The notes under the pieces: generated by a model
What the model was told of the DNA's origin: nothing
The model's input: the letters and a program-made list of their open reading frames with translations, nothing else
The model's database searches: none
Shown: positions 50,127 to 59,951 of the stretch, piece after piece
How the letters are laid out: each line of letters opens with the position of its first letter
How positions within the stretch are numbered: position 1 is the stretch's first letter
Position numbers and translations under genes: made by a program
DNA from: a virus
DNA: 64,000 nt
Strand: one strand, 5' to 3'
Virus record (IMG/VR): IMGVR_UViG_3300033145_001087
Span: 47,431 to 111,430 of that record

Positions 50127-50458
50127 TAAATTTTTTAGAAGATAATAAAAAATATACCGGTCTAAGTGAATATAAAATACTTTTATCCTTAAAACCATCT
50201 GTTCGAGATGATGCTTATGCCGAATTAGATGTGAATATCTTAGAAAAAACCCTAAAAATTCAATTAAGTAAAGAATTCTACTTAAAAAACCCTATAGACC
50301 AACGTAACATCCTATTTCACGAACTAGTACACGCTAGAGTAGAAGTTATGAAAAAACTTACAGAACAATTTTCAGAACACCTTGAAGAAGACTTTGTGAA
50401 TGATTTAGTTAGAGGATTTGAAAGATTTTACGGTAAAAAAGAATGGAAAATTAAATAG
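50102..50458 (+). CDS. HEXXH zinc metallopeptidase-like protein
   Basis: ILFHELVH followed by EE; TTG start after SD GAGGT. Confidence 0.6.
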   Translation: MEKRDRRIVNFLEDNKKYTGLSEYKILLSLKPSVRDDAYAELDVNILEKTLKIQLSKEFYLKNPIDQRNILFHELVHARVEVMKKLTEQFSEHLEEDFVNDLVRGFERFYGKKEWKIK

Positions 50459-50468
50459 GTGAAACAAA

Positions 50469-50777
50469 ATGGAAGATAAACAAAAGGAATTAATAGGAAA
50501 CTTAGATGCAAAATTTTGGGCAGAAGAGTTTATTAAAAGAGCGAAAGAAGACCCATCGTTTGCGATTGATGAAGGAAATATGATTGGTTGGTTTGCTAAT
50601 GCAATTATGACTGGGTATGATAATATGGGTGGGGTGAAGATTGATTCCCTTAAAAACTATAGATGTATGTTAGACGTGAATGATAGGCCAATTATGGTAG
50701 AAGTAGAACAAGATGATGTATATGATAACTTTGAACCATTTGTATTGTTATCAGAATTAAAGAAACTAATAAAATGA
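50469..50777 (+). CDS. hypothetical protein
   Basis: SD AGGTGA; DAKFWAEEF..MIGWFANAIMTGYD. Confidence 0.6.
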   Translation: MEDKQKELIGNLDAKFWAEEFIKRAKEDPSFAIDEGNMIGWFANAIMTGYDNMGGVKIDSLKNYRCMLDVNDRPIMVEVEQDDVYDNFEPFVLLSELKKLIK

Positions 50778-50879
50778 GAGACGAATGGGATAACCCAGAT
50801 ATAAAACATAGGATTATTTCTATAGAACCTAGTTTAATAAAAAAATGGATAAAAAAGAATATAATGAGGTAAAAACAAA

Positions 50880-51245
50880 ATGGAAAAACAAAAACAAGAA
50901 CAAACAACAGACATAACTCAAGAACAGATAAATAAAGAATGTATTAAAGATTGGGAAAGTAAAAAAAAAGAATTGGATGAAAAAGCTGAACACGCAAAAG
51001 ACTATTGGGGATTTTCATCATTAAGAAACTCTACTAATTTGGCAAATGATATTGGAAAAGAAGTATATTATGCATTAGGAAAAGACGTTTATAAAGGTAA
51101 GATATTATCAGTAAACTGTTATGGAATGTGCTGTATATTACTTGAAGATGGTGGGAGTATATATCGAAGTATGCAAAAAGTATTTGGTAATGTTAATTAT
51201 GCATTACAAAATGCTAAATATAATGAAGAAATGAAAAAACAATAG
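50880..51245 (+). CDS. hypothetical protein with SH3-like C-terminal half
   Basis: SD GAGGT; IGKEVYY..KGKILSV. Confidence 0.5.
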   Translation: MEKQKQEQTTDITQEQINKECIKDWESKKKELDEKAEHAKDYWGFSSLRNSTNLANDIGKEVYYALGKDVYKGKILSVNCYGMCCILLEDGGSIYRSMQKVFGNVNYALQNAKYNEEMKKQ

Positions 51246-51281
51246 AGGTAAAAATATTTAGATTTAGTATTATACCAGTCT

Positions 51282-51391
51282 TAGGATGTAATCCTATGTG
51301 CCATAGGTGCTTCCTAAGCAACTATTTCTCGAAAAGAGTAGTTTACTACTCTTAATAATATGAATGTCTTAAATGGCTTGTATGAGCGTTG
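51282..51391. repeat. degenerate palindromic element, copy 1
   Basis: TAGGAT..ATCCTA, then core AAGAGTAG-TTTA-CTACTCTT; collinear with 59545-59663. Confidence 0.55.
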
Positions 51392-51510
51392 TTATTTATA
51401 ACACAAGTAAATAGTGAAATAATTAGGTAATTCCCGGAGGTGTAGAGGTAACCACTTTACCTATCCTTTTGAAACTATTCCTAGTCATACTAGACCATAC
51501 ACCTCATTCT

Positions 51511-51765
51511 GTTGTCACCCTGTAGTAGTAACAGGGTCTGATTAACGCCGCCTCTTAGTAGTAGTGACACGGGCCTGAATGACGCCGCCTCTATACGGTG
51601 GTGACACCCTGGGCGTATGTGTTGTCCCTGCCTAGGGACAACGCCTTACCGAGGGTGTCGCCTCTTACCGGTGACATATACTACCCTTAGGTGGTTGTTG
51701 TCACGGGTGAGTAGTTATCACTACTTCTTAGTTGTGTCACGGTGTTATATTTTATAGTAGTTACA
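51511..51765. repeat. GC-rich ~36-bp-period degenerate repeat array (iteron-like) with nested stem-loop
   Basis: GTAACA/GTGACA/GGGACA at 51528, 51564, 51601, 51635, 51671; inverted TGTCAC at 51513, 51699, 51735; stem-loop 51600-51662. Confidence 0.7.
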
Positions 51766-51871
51766 AAATTACTGTATTTAAAGCTATCGAAATGTTTATA
51801 TAGTACCTGCATATTCTATACTCTAGTTGAGTATGAACAAAGATTTATACCAACTGGAGATATAAACAAAA

Positions 51872-52447
51872 ATGGCAAAAGCAAAAAAAGAATATGTGAG
51901 TATGAATGGAAAGAAAGTATTGTTAGACTTAAACGACCAGAAAGAAAACGATAGACCACATAAGTACTTTTGTGTAGACGCAGATTTTGGCAGTGATGTC
52001 GCAGAGAAGCTTAATCTAGCAGATACAACAATAAACCATGTATTCAATGAAGTAATGACACGTGGTTTAAAGTCGTTTGGTTTAGAGCCAGAAGCATATA
52101 ACTTCACACGCAGTATGCAGCCATCCATACGTAATGTTGGTAAACATCCACAGCAAGTTGCAGCGTATGGACTATTGATGAATCCACCAACACCAACGCC
52201 AGTAATCGCAGCAGATATTACACCAGCAACGACTAGTATATCACCACTGGCTCAAAAGTGGATAAATGGCTTAATTGCGACTATCAACCAAAAGATAGCA
52301 GAAAACCAGCCAATCAATGCACAGCAACTACGTAATGCAGTGGATGAAAAAGTGCCAGAAACTATCAGAGAAGTGGTATTTAGTGAATCGCTAAAAGCCA
52401 TACCAACCATTGCAGAAGCAAAAACGCCAGTAGACTTCAGTTTTTAA
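51872..52447 (+). CDS. 191-aa early protein ending PVDFSF
   Basis: Own promoter GAAATGTTTATATAG (~51789) and downstream oligo-T; similar termini to 56826..57464. Confidence 0.7.
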   Translation: MAKAKKEYVSMNGKKVLLDLNDQKENDRPHKYFCVDADFGSDVAEKLNLADTTINHVFNEVMTRGLKSFGLEPEAYNFTRSMQPSIRNVGKHPQQVAAYGLLMNPPTPTPVIAADITPATTSISPLAQKWINGLIATINQKIAENQPINAQQLRNAVDEKVPETIREVVFSESLKAIPTIAEAKTPVDFSF

Positions 52448-52830
52448 TAAACTGATATTTTTCTTTTTTTTTTACCAATCTTAAAAAATAAATGGAGTTG
52501 ATATAAATGATAGAAAAATTAAAACAACAAATAAAAGAATTTAATAAATTAGAAGAGACTGCACCAACAACAGAATTACACAATAAAATTATTGATGTTA
52601 CTTGTAGTATAGCGTCACTTATTGCAGAATTAGAAGAAGAACAAACAAAAGCCAATAAAATATTAAAATGGAGGTGATGCAAATGATTAAATGGATTGAA
52701 AACTTATTCAAACCAACATATTTGGACTGGATTGAATATGAAGCACGTATAAATATGCTGGATGATTTCCATTTCCAGCAGAAAGTCAGAAACAAAAACA
52801 TAAAAAGACTTTAATTTTTTTTTCTTCTTC

Positions 52831-52862
52831 TTGTCACGGGTAGGGAGTGACAATTTTTTTTT
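52831..52862 (+). terminator. hairpin plus T-tract (also a TGTCAC/GTGACA palindrome)
   Basis: TTGTCAC-gggtaggga-GTGACAA followed by T9. Confidence 0.5.
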
Positions 52863-53126
52863 GCGACAGAGTGACGCCGCTTTATTGCCCTTATTGATGT
52901 TATTGATAGTTCCGGGACTTCTGATGGTTTTGTTACTTAATAGTAGTAAATTCGGCTACTGACTGACGCCGGTTAGGTTGGGCTTATTGGCTTTTATTGA
53001 TGTTTCTGGGAGTTTGACCGCTCCGGGGCAATATTGACCGCACCGCTCCTCAACTGTCGTCAGGGCGTCCTAAGCCTAACCGCACCGCACCTATGCCCAT
53101 CCTATGACTACTCCTTAGTGACAATA

Positions 53127-53141
53127 GAAAGCTTTATATAG
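53127..53141 (+). promoter_or_regulatory. BRE-TATA promoter, early class
   Basis: GAAAGCTTTATATAG about 50 nt before 53193. Confidence 0.75.
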
Positions 53142-53192
53142 TGATACTATATATATACTATTATGTAGTAAAATCACTGCATGGAGGCAAAA

Positions 53193-53393
53193 ATGACATA
53201 CAGCATAAGACACGGAGAGTATAATGGGCATAAAACTATGTCTATTGATAAAGTGGAAGTAGGAAAGCGACCATTTAGCTTTACTTTTGGTAGGGCAAAG
53301 GCAGAGGCAGTAATAGCCAATATAGGAGCTATAAAGGCATTTATGGCGGAAACGGCTCCAATAGCAACACCACCAGAAAAGGTGGATATTTAA
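53193..53393 (+). CDS. small protein, possibly PC4-like nucleic-acid binding
   Basis: SD GGAGG; EYNGH..SFTFG..KAEAVIANI.AIKAF; fold is inference. Confidence 0.5.
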   Translation: MTYSIRHGEYNGHKTMSIDKVEVGKRPFSFTFGRAKAEAVIANIGAIKAFMAETAPIATPPEKVDI

Positions 53394-53661
53394 TGCCAAT
53401 ATGGGCAGACCTTGAGGGGCTAGAACCTACCGACAAAGAGGTAGAAGAAGCAACAGAACGCAGCACAGGCATACCCGTGACTATAAAGTGGAAAGATGGT
53501 CATATATCAGAGGTGAGATACTAATGAGATGCCTATGGTGTGGAGAAGAGGGAATAATAGGATATTGTGACAAAAACTGTGAACGGAGTCACAAAGTCCT
53601 TATAGTGTTAAGCGGGAAGGTAGGAATATCTTATCCTGAATCAATAGAGGCATCGGAATGA
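53393..53661 (+). CDS. two coupled microproteins (53393..53524, 43 aa; 53524..53661, 45-aa Cys finger)
   Basis: TAATG overlaps; MRCLWCG..YCDKNC; followed by hairpin GGCATC/GATGCC and T-tract. Confidence 0.55.
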
Positions 53662-54176
53662 TGCCTTATTTTTCTTTTTCTTTATCCGGCAGACAAACTA
53701 CTTCTATATATATACATAATACGCTTAATATGACTACTGAAAGGTTCTGGGTAACTACAAGTCAGTAGTATAGGTAATAGTGATATGGTGGGTAGGGACT
53801 ACTATATAGCACTATATCATATGTATTATTACCTTGTTATACCTATTGTATTATATATATGTAGGTATAATCATTGTCACGGATTCCTCTATATAGCACT
53901 ATATCCTATATTAATATATATGCTCTTATTAAGGTTGTATTGTTATAGTGTTTATAATTATTGTCACGCCTTACTATATGTTCTTATTATATACTCTATT
54001 GGGGGTATATACTGTCACGGAATTCCCTAACCTTTCCTATACCTATCCTATACTCTCTCCTTATATAACTACTACTACCTTAGGGGTATATATTGTCCCG
54101 TTATTTTGTGGTCTAATTCTTAAAAATTAATACCCTTAGTATACCTATAGTGATATACTAAGGAGAAAGCGGAATA

Positions 54177-54196
54177 GAAAGCTTTATAAAGCTTTC
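54177..54196. promoter_or_regulatory. perfect 20-bp palindromic BRE-TATA site
   Basis: GAAAGCTTTATAAAGCTTTC is its own reverse complement. Confidence 0.75.
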
Positions 54197-54352
54197 GCAT
54201 ATTCATATAGTAGATTGAAATATATATATATTCAGACAATTTTGAGGTCTGAATGAGTTTAATGAATTAGAGAGTTCCCTATGTGGAACTTAGTTTTGAG
54301 GATGGAGGGAATCCAGTTCCATCCTCATTATATTCATTTGGAGGTGAAACCA

Positions 54353-54526
54353 ATGGTAGAAATATATAAACACAGCATAAAAGGAATAACACTAGGAAAG
54401 ATTAACCAACTTGAACAAACAGGTACATATACCAGGGATATAGTAATAAAAGGAGAAGATAACTCTGAACTTAGGATAAGATTGTTCAGTAAAACAGAAG
54501 CAGGCATCTTACCAATTATGAAATAA
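54353..54526 (+). CDS. 57-aa hypothetical protein
   Basis: Perfect SD GGAGGTGA before ATG 54353; the annotated upstream extension is a structured leader. Confidence 0.6.
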   Translation: MVEIYKHSIKGITLGKINQLEQTGTYTRDIVIKGEDNSELRIRLFSKTEAGILPIMK

Positions 54527-54734
54527 GTAGAATTAAATTAATGTAAAGAGGTGAATAAGATGGAAAAATGTCATAAGTGCGGATATAAGGAAACAACATT
54601 AGATAATATGAAAGAGTGGGAAAAAAACAGCGTTGAAATCTTTGAACCCGGTGCGAACATATTAAAGAAAGCAATATTTGAATTGGATGAAAGGCTTGAA
54701 AAACTAGAAAAGAAAAGGAAATAAGAGGTTAAAA

Positions 54735-54938
54735 ATGCCAACCATTACATTTAAAGTAGGAGATAGAGTTAAACGAGTAGAGAGCGACCATATGGGTATG
54801 TATAAAGGAGATACTGCTACGGTTATAGAACTTTATAGTGATTGCGGTTTTAAATTAGATAACTATGAGGGTATTCACTCTAAAGAAAATTTTAAAAAGA
54901 TTTCGGTATCAAATTGGAAAAAAGAAATAGGAGGCTAA
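54735..54938 (+). CDS. TNWRKE-family SH3/KOW-like microprotein
   Basis: FKVGDRVKR...KISVSNWKKEIGG. Confidence 0.7.
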   Translation: MPTITFKVGDRVKRVESDHMGMYKGDTATVIELYSDCGFKLDNYEGIHSKENFKKISVSNWKKEIGG

Positions 54939-54939
54939 A

Positions 54940-55284
54940 ATGGGAAGTGTAAATAAAAAAGATATAGTATTATTAAAAGCATTTGTTAAGAGGGAAGCAG
55001 AAGACTTTACTCAAGGTAAAAACAATACATATATTAGGGTTTATCTTGATTTACTCTTAAAAAAGGTTCAAAAATTAAAGGATGTAAACTTTGTAACTTT
55101 TAACTGCTATGCTAGGGTAGGTAGTCGTATCAGGTCTTTGATGTTAGATTGCAGAACAGACTTCTCAGGAAAAAGAAAATTATACAATTATAGTATTACA
55201 TTATGTCCTTGTGGAAATATAGCCCATACTGGTTTTGTAACAAAGGAGGTAAAAAATGGAATACGAAGAAAAGGAAAGCATTAG
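54940..55284 (+). CDS. hypothetical protein
   Basis: SD AGGAGG, 114 aa. Confidence 0.5.
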   Translation: MGSVNKKDIVLLKAFVKREAEDFTQGKNNTYIRVYLDLLLKKVQKLKDVNFVTFNCYARVGSRIRSLMLDCRTDFSGKRKLYNYSITLCPCGNIAHTGFVTKEVKNGIRRKGKH

Positions 55285-55668
55285 TCTTTATACGGCTATA
55301 CAAGATAAAGATGAAGAAAAAATAGATGAATTAATGGAAAAAGCCGAGAAAGGAGAAGTAATAAAAATAATGTAAAGGAGGTACTAATATGAAAAACAAA
55401 ACAGATAATATGACAATAGAGGAATTACTTGATGAATCTGAAAGGTGTTTAATGATGGAGTGTGAAATGACGGTTAAAAAAGCAAAACTAAAAACAAATG
55501 ATTTAGCCGAACAAACACTATCAGAACAAAATTGTGAGGTAATTTAGATGATGTATGATTGTGTTGAAACAAAAAACTCCTTTTTTTGTAAAGGATGTGG
55601 ACAAACTATAAGAAGTAAAATCTATCCTACTTGTGGAACAATAAAAAATAATAATAAGGAGGCAAAAA

Positions 55669-55911
55669 ATGAATAAGGTAGACATTGTAATTAGTATGAT
55701 GATGTTTTGTTTCATAACATTTTTAGTTGTAATCCTCTATGACCAACTTGTTTTAAACCCCATTGTTGATGAGGACGCAAACCAAATATGTATGGCAACA
55801 GGATATAATTTTTTTGAAAGTTATAGCCGTATTCCATTAACAAGGGATGTAAAAGGCTTGAAATGCAAATATGTTGAACAGTATCGGCAAATTGATTTAA
55901 ATATAAAGTAA
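55669..55911 (+). CDS. small membrane protein
   Basis: N-terminal TM plus two Cys; same layout as 58574..58867. Confidence 0.55.
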   Translation: MNKVDIVISMMMFCFITFLVVILYDQLVLNPIVDEDANQICMATGYNFFESYSRIPLTRDVKGLKCKYVEQYRQIDLNIK

Positions 55912-55932
55912 ATTAATAGGAGGCAAAACAAA

Positions 55933-56136
55933 ATGGAACCGGATGAAACAATGCTACTATTATGTAGCCTAAAAAGTGTATGGGATGGAGAAACATACCT
56001 CTGTCTTGATGATGTAGGAATACCAGTATTGAGTGGATGGTATGAAGAAAACGAAGGGGATAAAAGAGTTCATAAAGAATGGAAGTATCTTAAAGACAAG
56101 TGGGTAGAGCAGACTGACGCCGCTTCGGAGGAATAA
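55933..56136 (+). CDS. hypothetical protein, paralog of 56268..56498
   Basis: D..G(I/V)PVL.GW.E...KY...KWV.Q shared. Confidence 0.6.
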   Translation: MEPDETMLLLCSLKSVWDGETYLCLDDVGIPVLSGWYEENEGDKRVHKEWKYLKDKWVEQTDAASEE

Positions 56137-56267
56137 AATGGCAGGAATAATAGATAATGTAAAAGTAAGGGTAAGAACGCATAACCCATCTAATGTTAAA
56201 AGTGGGGAATTTAGAAACATAGATGAAGCAATAGCCTTTTTAAATATATTAAGATAGGAGGTAAAAA

Positions 56268-56498
56268 ATGAACTTAAAACATCCTGACCAATTATTAAAA
56301 AAATTAGAAAACTTTAAAGAAACACCGTGGAATTTTTATGCACGGATACTAATAGATGAAAATGATGTTCCTGTTTTAGATGGGTGGGTAGAATTAGCTA
56401 AAGGAACCCGATATTATCCTGTCTATAAGTATATAGACAACAAATGGGTAAACCAAGAGGGTGTGAAAGAGGAAGAAGAACTAAACTTTAATATATGA
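56268..56498 (+). CDS. hypothetical protein, paralog of 55933..56136
   Basis: VPVLDGWVE..YKYIDNKWVNQ; acidic tail ELNFNI. Confidence 0.6.
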   Translation: MNLKHPDQLLKKLENFKETPWNFYARILIDENDVPVLDGWVELAKGTRYYPVYKYIDNKWVNQEGVKEEEELNFNI

Positions 56499-56825
56499 GG
56501 TGAAAAAAATGAGTAGTTCCGAAGAAAAAAATAATGAACTTGCTTTTGAAGAAGGAGTAGCTATTAAATGCCCTCATTGTGGAGAGGTAATATATAAAGA
56601 GGAATTTGACAATGATTAAACCTATATACGCAGAAGTAAGTAAAATACCTTTAAAGTATCTTGAATATATCTTTCCTGATATAGATGGATTTAAGACCTC
56701 AGTAAAAACAGGTAAAGTTTATGCTAAAATAGGAGAAAAAGAGGCATAAAGGAGAACGAAACATTTATAAAGAACACTTCATTTATAGACTATAGCCAAA
56801 TAAAATTATTTCGGAGGTGAAATAA

Positions 56826-57464
56826 ATGGCAAAGGAAAAAAAATTAAGTAAGATAGAAATAACCAATGTAGAAACTGGTCAGGTATTACCATATATGGTT
56901 AGAGGGAACCCAAATAAAACAACAGTAGGAAATACTGTATTCGGTCCCTTGAACTCTATAGGGTTTGCAGAACTACAAGCACTGGGACACCAAGTATATG
57001 ATGAAAAGGATTGGTGTAAATTAATCAGAGAGAAACTCGGACTCTCAGAGGCAGCAGTTGGTAAAAGGGGTAGCGATTGGTCTACAATAGAATCAAGAGA
57101 AAAACTAAAGGTAACTGTTGATGGACTAAGTTTTAATCCACCTCTTAAATCAAGTGGAGAAGTTCCTGTAGAAAGTGATATAATGCCAACACCGGCATCT
57201 ATACCTAGTGTAATGGCAAATGTTGCACCTGTAAAGAAAGCAACTGTTATCTCACCAAAAGCTAAAGATGCACCGATTAAAAATGAACAGGAAGTAATTA
57301 GCCAAATACACGCTTATCTCGAAAAAGGAGTAAGTGAAGATAAAATAATCGGCGCACTAACAGGACAAGTTGGTCAGAAAAGAGCAGATGTTTTATTTAA
57401 GATGGCAACTGCCCCAGTAGTAGCACAACCACCAACAGAAGCACCTTTGGACTTTACCTTTTAA
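56826..57464 (+). CDS. 212-aa early protein ending PLDFTF
   Basis: Own promoter GAAACATTTATAAAG (~56758), SD GGAGGTGA, downstream oligo-T. Confidence 0.7.
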   Translation: MAKEKKLSKIEITNVETGQVLPYMVRGNPNKTTVGNTVFGPLNSIGFAELQALGHQVYDEKDWCKLIREKLGLSEAAVGKRGSDWSTIESREKLKVTVDGLSFNPPLKSSGEVPVESDIMPTPASIPSVMANVAPVKKATVISPKAKDAPIKNEQEVISQIHAYLEKGVSEDKIIGALTGQVGQKRADVLFKMATAPVVAQPPTEAPLDFTF

Positions 57465-57490
57465 TTTTTTTTATTTTTTATAGGTGAAAA

Positions 57491-57751
57491 ATGATTAAGG
57501 GATTTAAATCAGGAAGATACTATGTATTACATAAAGACGGGTTTGATAAGATTAGGTGGAATTCGAAAGGGAGAATGGACTTTTTAAAAGATGGACAGCC
57601 CCACCAATGTAATGACGGGTCAGAATCTTTTGCTAGTTTTTTTGATTCCCCAGAACCAAAAAAAATATGGGTATTTTCAACATCCTTAGATTATTTTTAT
57701 GAAGTCCTACCTAAAATTACCAACTGGAAAAAAGAAATGGAGGTAAGATAA
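57491..57751 (+). CDS. TNWRKE-family microprotein
   Basis: FKSGRYY...PKITNWKKEMEVR. Confidence 0.7.
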   Translation: MIKGFKSGRYYVLHKDGFDKIRWNSKGRMDFLKDGQPHQCNDGSESFASFFDSPEPKKIWVFSTSLDYFYEVLPKITNWKKEMEVR

Positions 57752-57752
57752 A

Positions 57753-58300
57753 ATGAGTAGAATAAAAACATTAATAGAAGCCTATGAACGTGCAGGAGAT
57801 ATTGATTTAATTGTAACAGAAAATAGAAAGGTGGCTACATATTTCTCCTATAAAGATGTTATGGAACTCTTACGGACTGATAGAGACCTTAGGAATATAA
57901 TAGCTTTAAGACTTCTTTTTAAAAAACAAGAACAGAAGGAGAAATCATTAATACATCTACACAAGGAACAAAAAGAAGAAATAGAGAAATACAACAGATT
58001 TATAGAATACTTAAAAAAGGAGGTATAAAAATGAATGATGAAGAAGATATAACCTTTGATATGATATTTGAAAAAGAAGAGGTAGTCGAGCAGACTGACG
58101 CCGGTTCCAGGACATCTGAGACACACCCTTTACCTAAGGGTTGTGATGGTTGTCCACAAAAGGAAACAGACGAAGAGGGAAACTCTTGGTGTGCTGACCA
58201 TACTGGGGAAACTATTTGCGACTACTCCATAACTGCAACAATAGAAGAAGAGGATAGCGTAGAATCTATTGACCTAGATTTAAACTTTGAAATTATGTGA
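57753..58300 (+). CDS. two hypothetical proteins (57753..58028; 58031..58300 acidic with CDGC)
   Basis: Consecutive ORFs with GGAGG SDs. Confidence 0.55.
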
Positions 58301-58573
58301 AGGGATAAAAATGGCAGCCCATATTTGTAGATGTTGCGGATTTGGAAGGTGTGCCTTTCTTTGTGAATTGTGGGGTATTTGCCTATTTTGTCACATTAAA
58401 CATTTTTTGAGAATACCTATTAAAAAGAACCCAGGTAACAAATTCATAAATTACACATACGAATAAAAGGTGACTACTATGAGTGAGATAAATATAGGAA
58501 TAATAATAGGAATGGTTAGTGTTGTTATAGGATACGGCATATCTTTTTTAATGGATAAAAAAAGAGGTAAAAA

Positions 58574-58867
58574 ATGATAAATAAAGAAACCGTAAGTAAC
58601 CTTTTTTATTTTTTGGTAATAATCCTTGTAATATTTTGTTTTTTATCCTTAATTATTACAACGGATAGTTATACAAATATCGTAAGAACAACCTGTATTG
58701 AAAACAATTATACTGAATACGATACTAAACTAGGTATATATCCTTTTACCGACTTAACATCTGTAACCTGTTGGAATTGGGTATTTGTTTATGCAGGGGG
58801 TAGAAATAATTTATTAAAAGGAGAATATATAAGATTCCAAATTAATAAAGAAGGTGATAAAAAATGA
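58574..58867 (+). CDS. small membrane protein
   Basis: N-terminal TM (LFYFLVIILVIFCFLSLII). Confidence 0.55.
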   Translation: MINKETVSNLFYFLVIILVIFCFLSLIITTDSYTNIVRTTCIENNYTEYDTKLGIYPFTDLTSVTCWNWVFVYAGGRNNLLKGEYIRFQINKEGDKK

Positions 58868-59007
58868 GTAAAATAAGAAGAGGAGAAGCAACTTGCCCAC
58901 AATGCGGTAGAGATATTATAAGAGTAAAATCAGGACAACGACTGAAAGCAAAAGGCTATCAAAGAGAAAGATGCCTTGTTTGCGGATATTACCTAAAAAA
59001 GAATTGA
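58864..59007 (+). CDS. 47-aa CPxCG zinc-ribbon microprotein (not in ORF track)
   Basis: CPQCG...RCLVCG; SD AGGTGA. Confidence 0.6.
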   Translation: MSKIRRGEATCPQCGRDIIRVKSGQRLKAKGYQRERCLVCGYYLKKN

Positions 59008-59544
59008 GGGAAAAAATGGGAACAATAAAAAAAGAAAAAAAAATAGTACAGGGAGAACTATTATTATCATCATGTAATCCTATTATTATAGAAACGGATT
59101 ATGATGGAACAATCTATATTTATAAAGGAGTTTATAAATAAGAATGAAACATTTTGTAGCACGGCACCTTGAAAGCCTTAAAATATTAGATTTATATTTT
59201 AAGTCTAAAAGAGAGGCTAAACAAAAAAACCCTACTCTAGTAGAGTGGGAAGAGGTGAGATAAATGGCAAAAAAAGAATACGGTTATTATCTAATAATAG
59301 GATTTGGAACCTTTAAAAATGCAAAAGAGACATTAAGTAAAAGCCATTATGTAGGGGATGTTGTTAAAATGACCAACAAACAAGCGGCAAAATTAGTAAA
59401 AAACGCAGTATATGAAAAACCTAAGGTGTTTAAATGATGAATAACATATTATGTCCTATACAATTTGGAGATTGTCCTGATTGTGAACACTACAAGGAAG
59501 GAGAATGTCAATACGAAGAAGAAAATAACCAAAACACCACTGCG

Positions 59545-59663
59545 AGGATGCATCCTAACGCACGTAAGCACTGATTTAAGCAGACTTTTTCACTTTAGAG
59601 TAGTTTAGTATCTCTAAAAAGTAGAGTCGCTTAAATCGACTCCCTGTGCGTTTGAGAGCATTG
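59545..59663. repeat. degenerate palindromic element, copy 2
   Basis: AGGATGCATCCT, then nested AACGCAC/GTGCGTT, GATTTAAGC/GCTTAAATC and TTTAGAG/CTCTAAA. Confidence 0.65.
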
Positions 59664-59951
59664 ATAATATGGAGGAAAAAATGGAAAGTGAATATATAAC
59701 CATTGAGTATGATGATAAATATGAATTTTTATCATCCTTAGTAGAAAGACGAATAGGAAAAGATAAAGATATAAAGGCGATTATAGTCTTATATGAGGAA
59801 TAAAAATGATAATACAACACATTAAATATGGATTCAAGGCAAAGTCAGTATCTATCTATCAGGGAACAGTAGTATTTGATACTTATGGATATGGTAGAGG
59901 ATGTTGTAGATTGGAGGATTTTAAAATAATAAAAGAAGGAGGGTAATAAAC

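Noticed and set aside
51521-51700. Mini CRISPR array (36-bp periodicity)
   Set aside because: Units are adjacent degenerate tandem repeats with no identical repeats separated by unique spacers; no cas genes
53785-54130. ORFs 53785..54030 and 53948..54130
   Set aside because: Tyr/Ile-rich translations of low-complexity TA repeats, overlapping each other, without convincing SDs
54222-54345. tRNA gene
   Set aside because: Several hairpins but no cloverleaf, T-loop GTTC(G/A)A or acceptor stem
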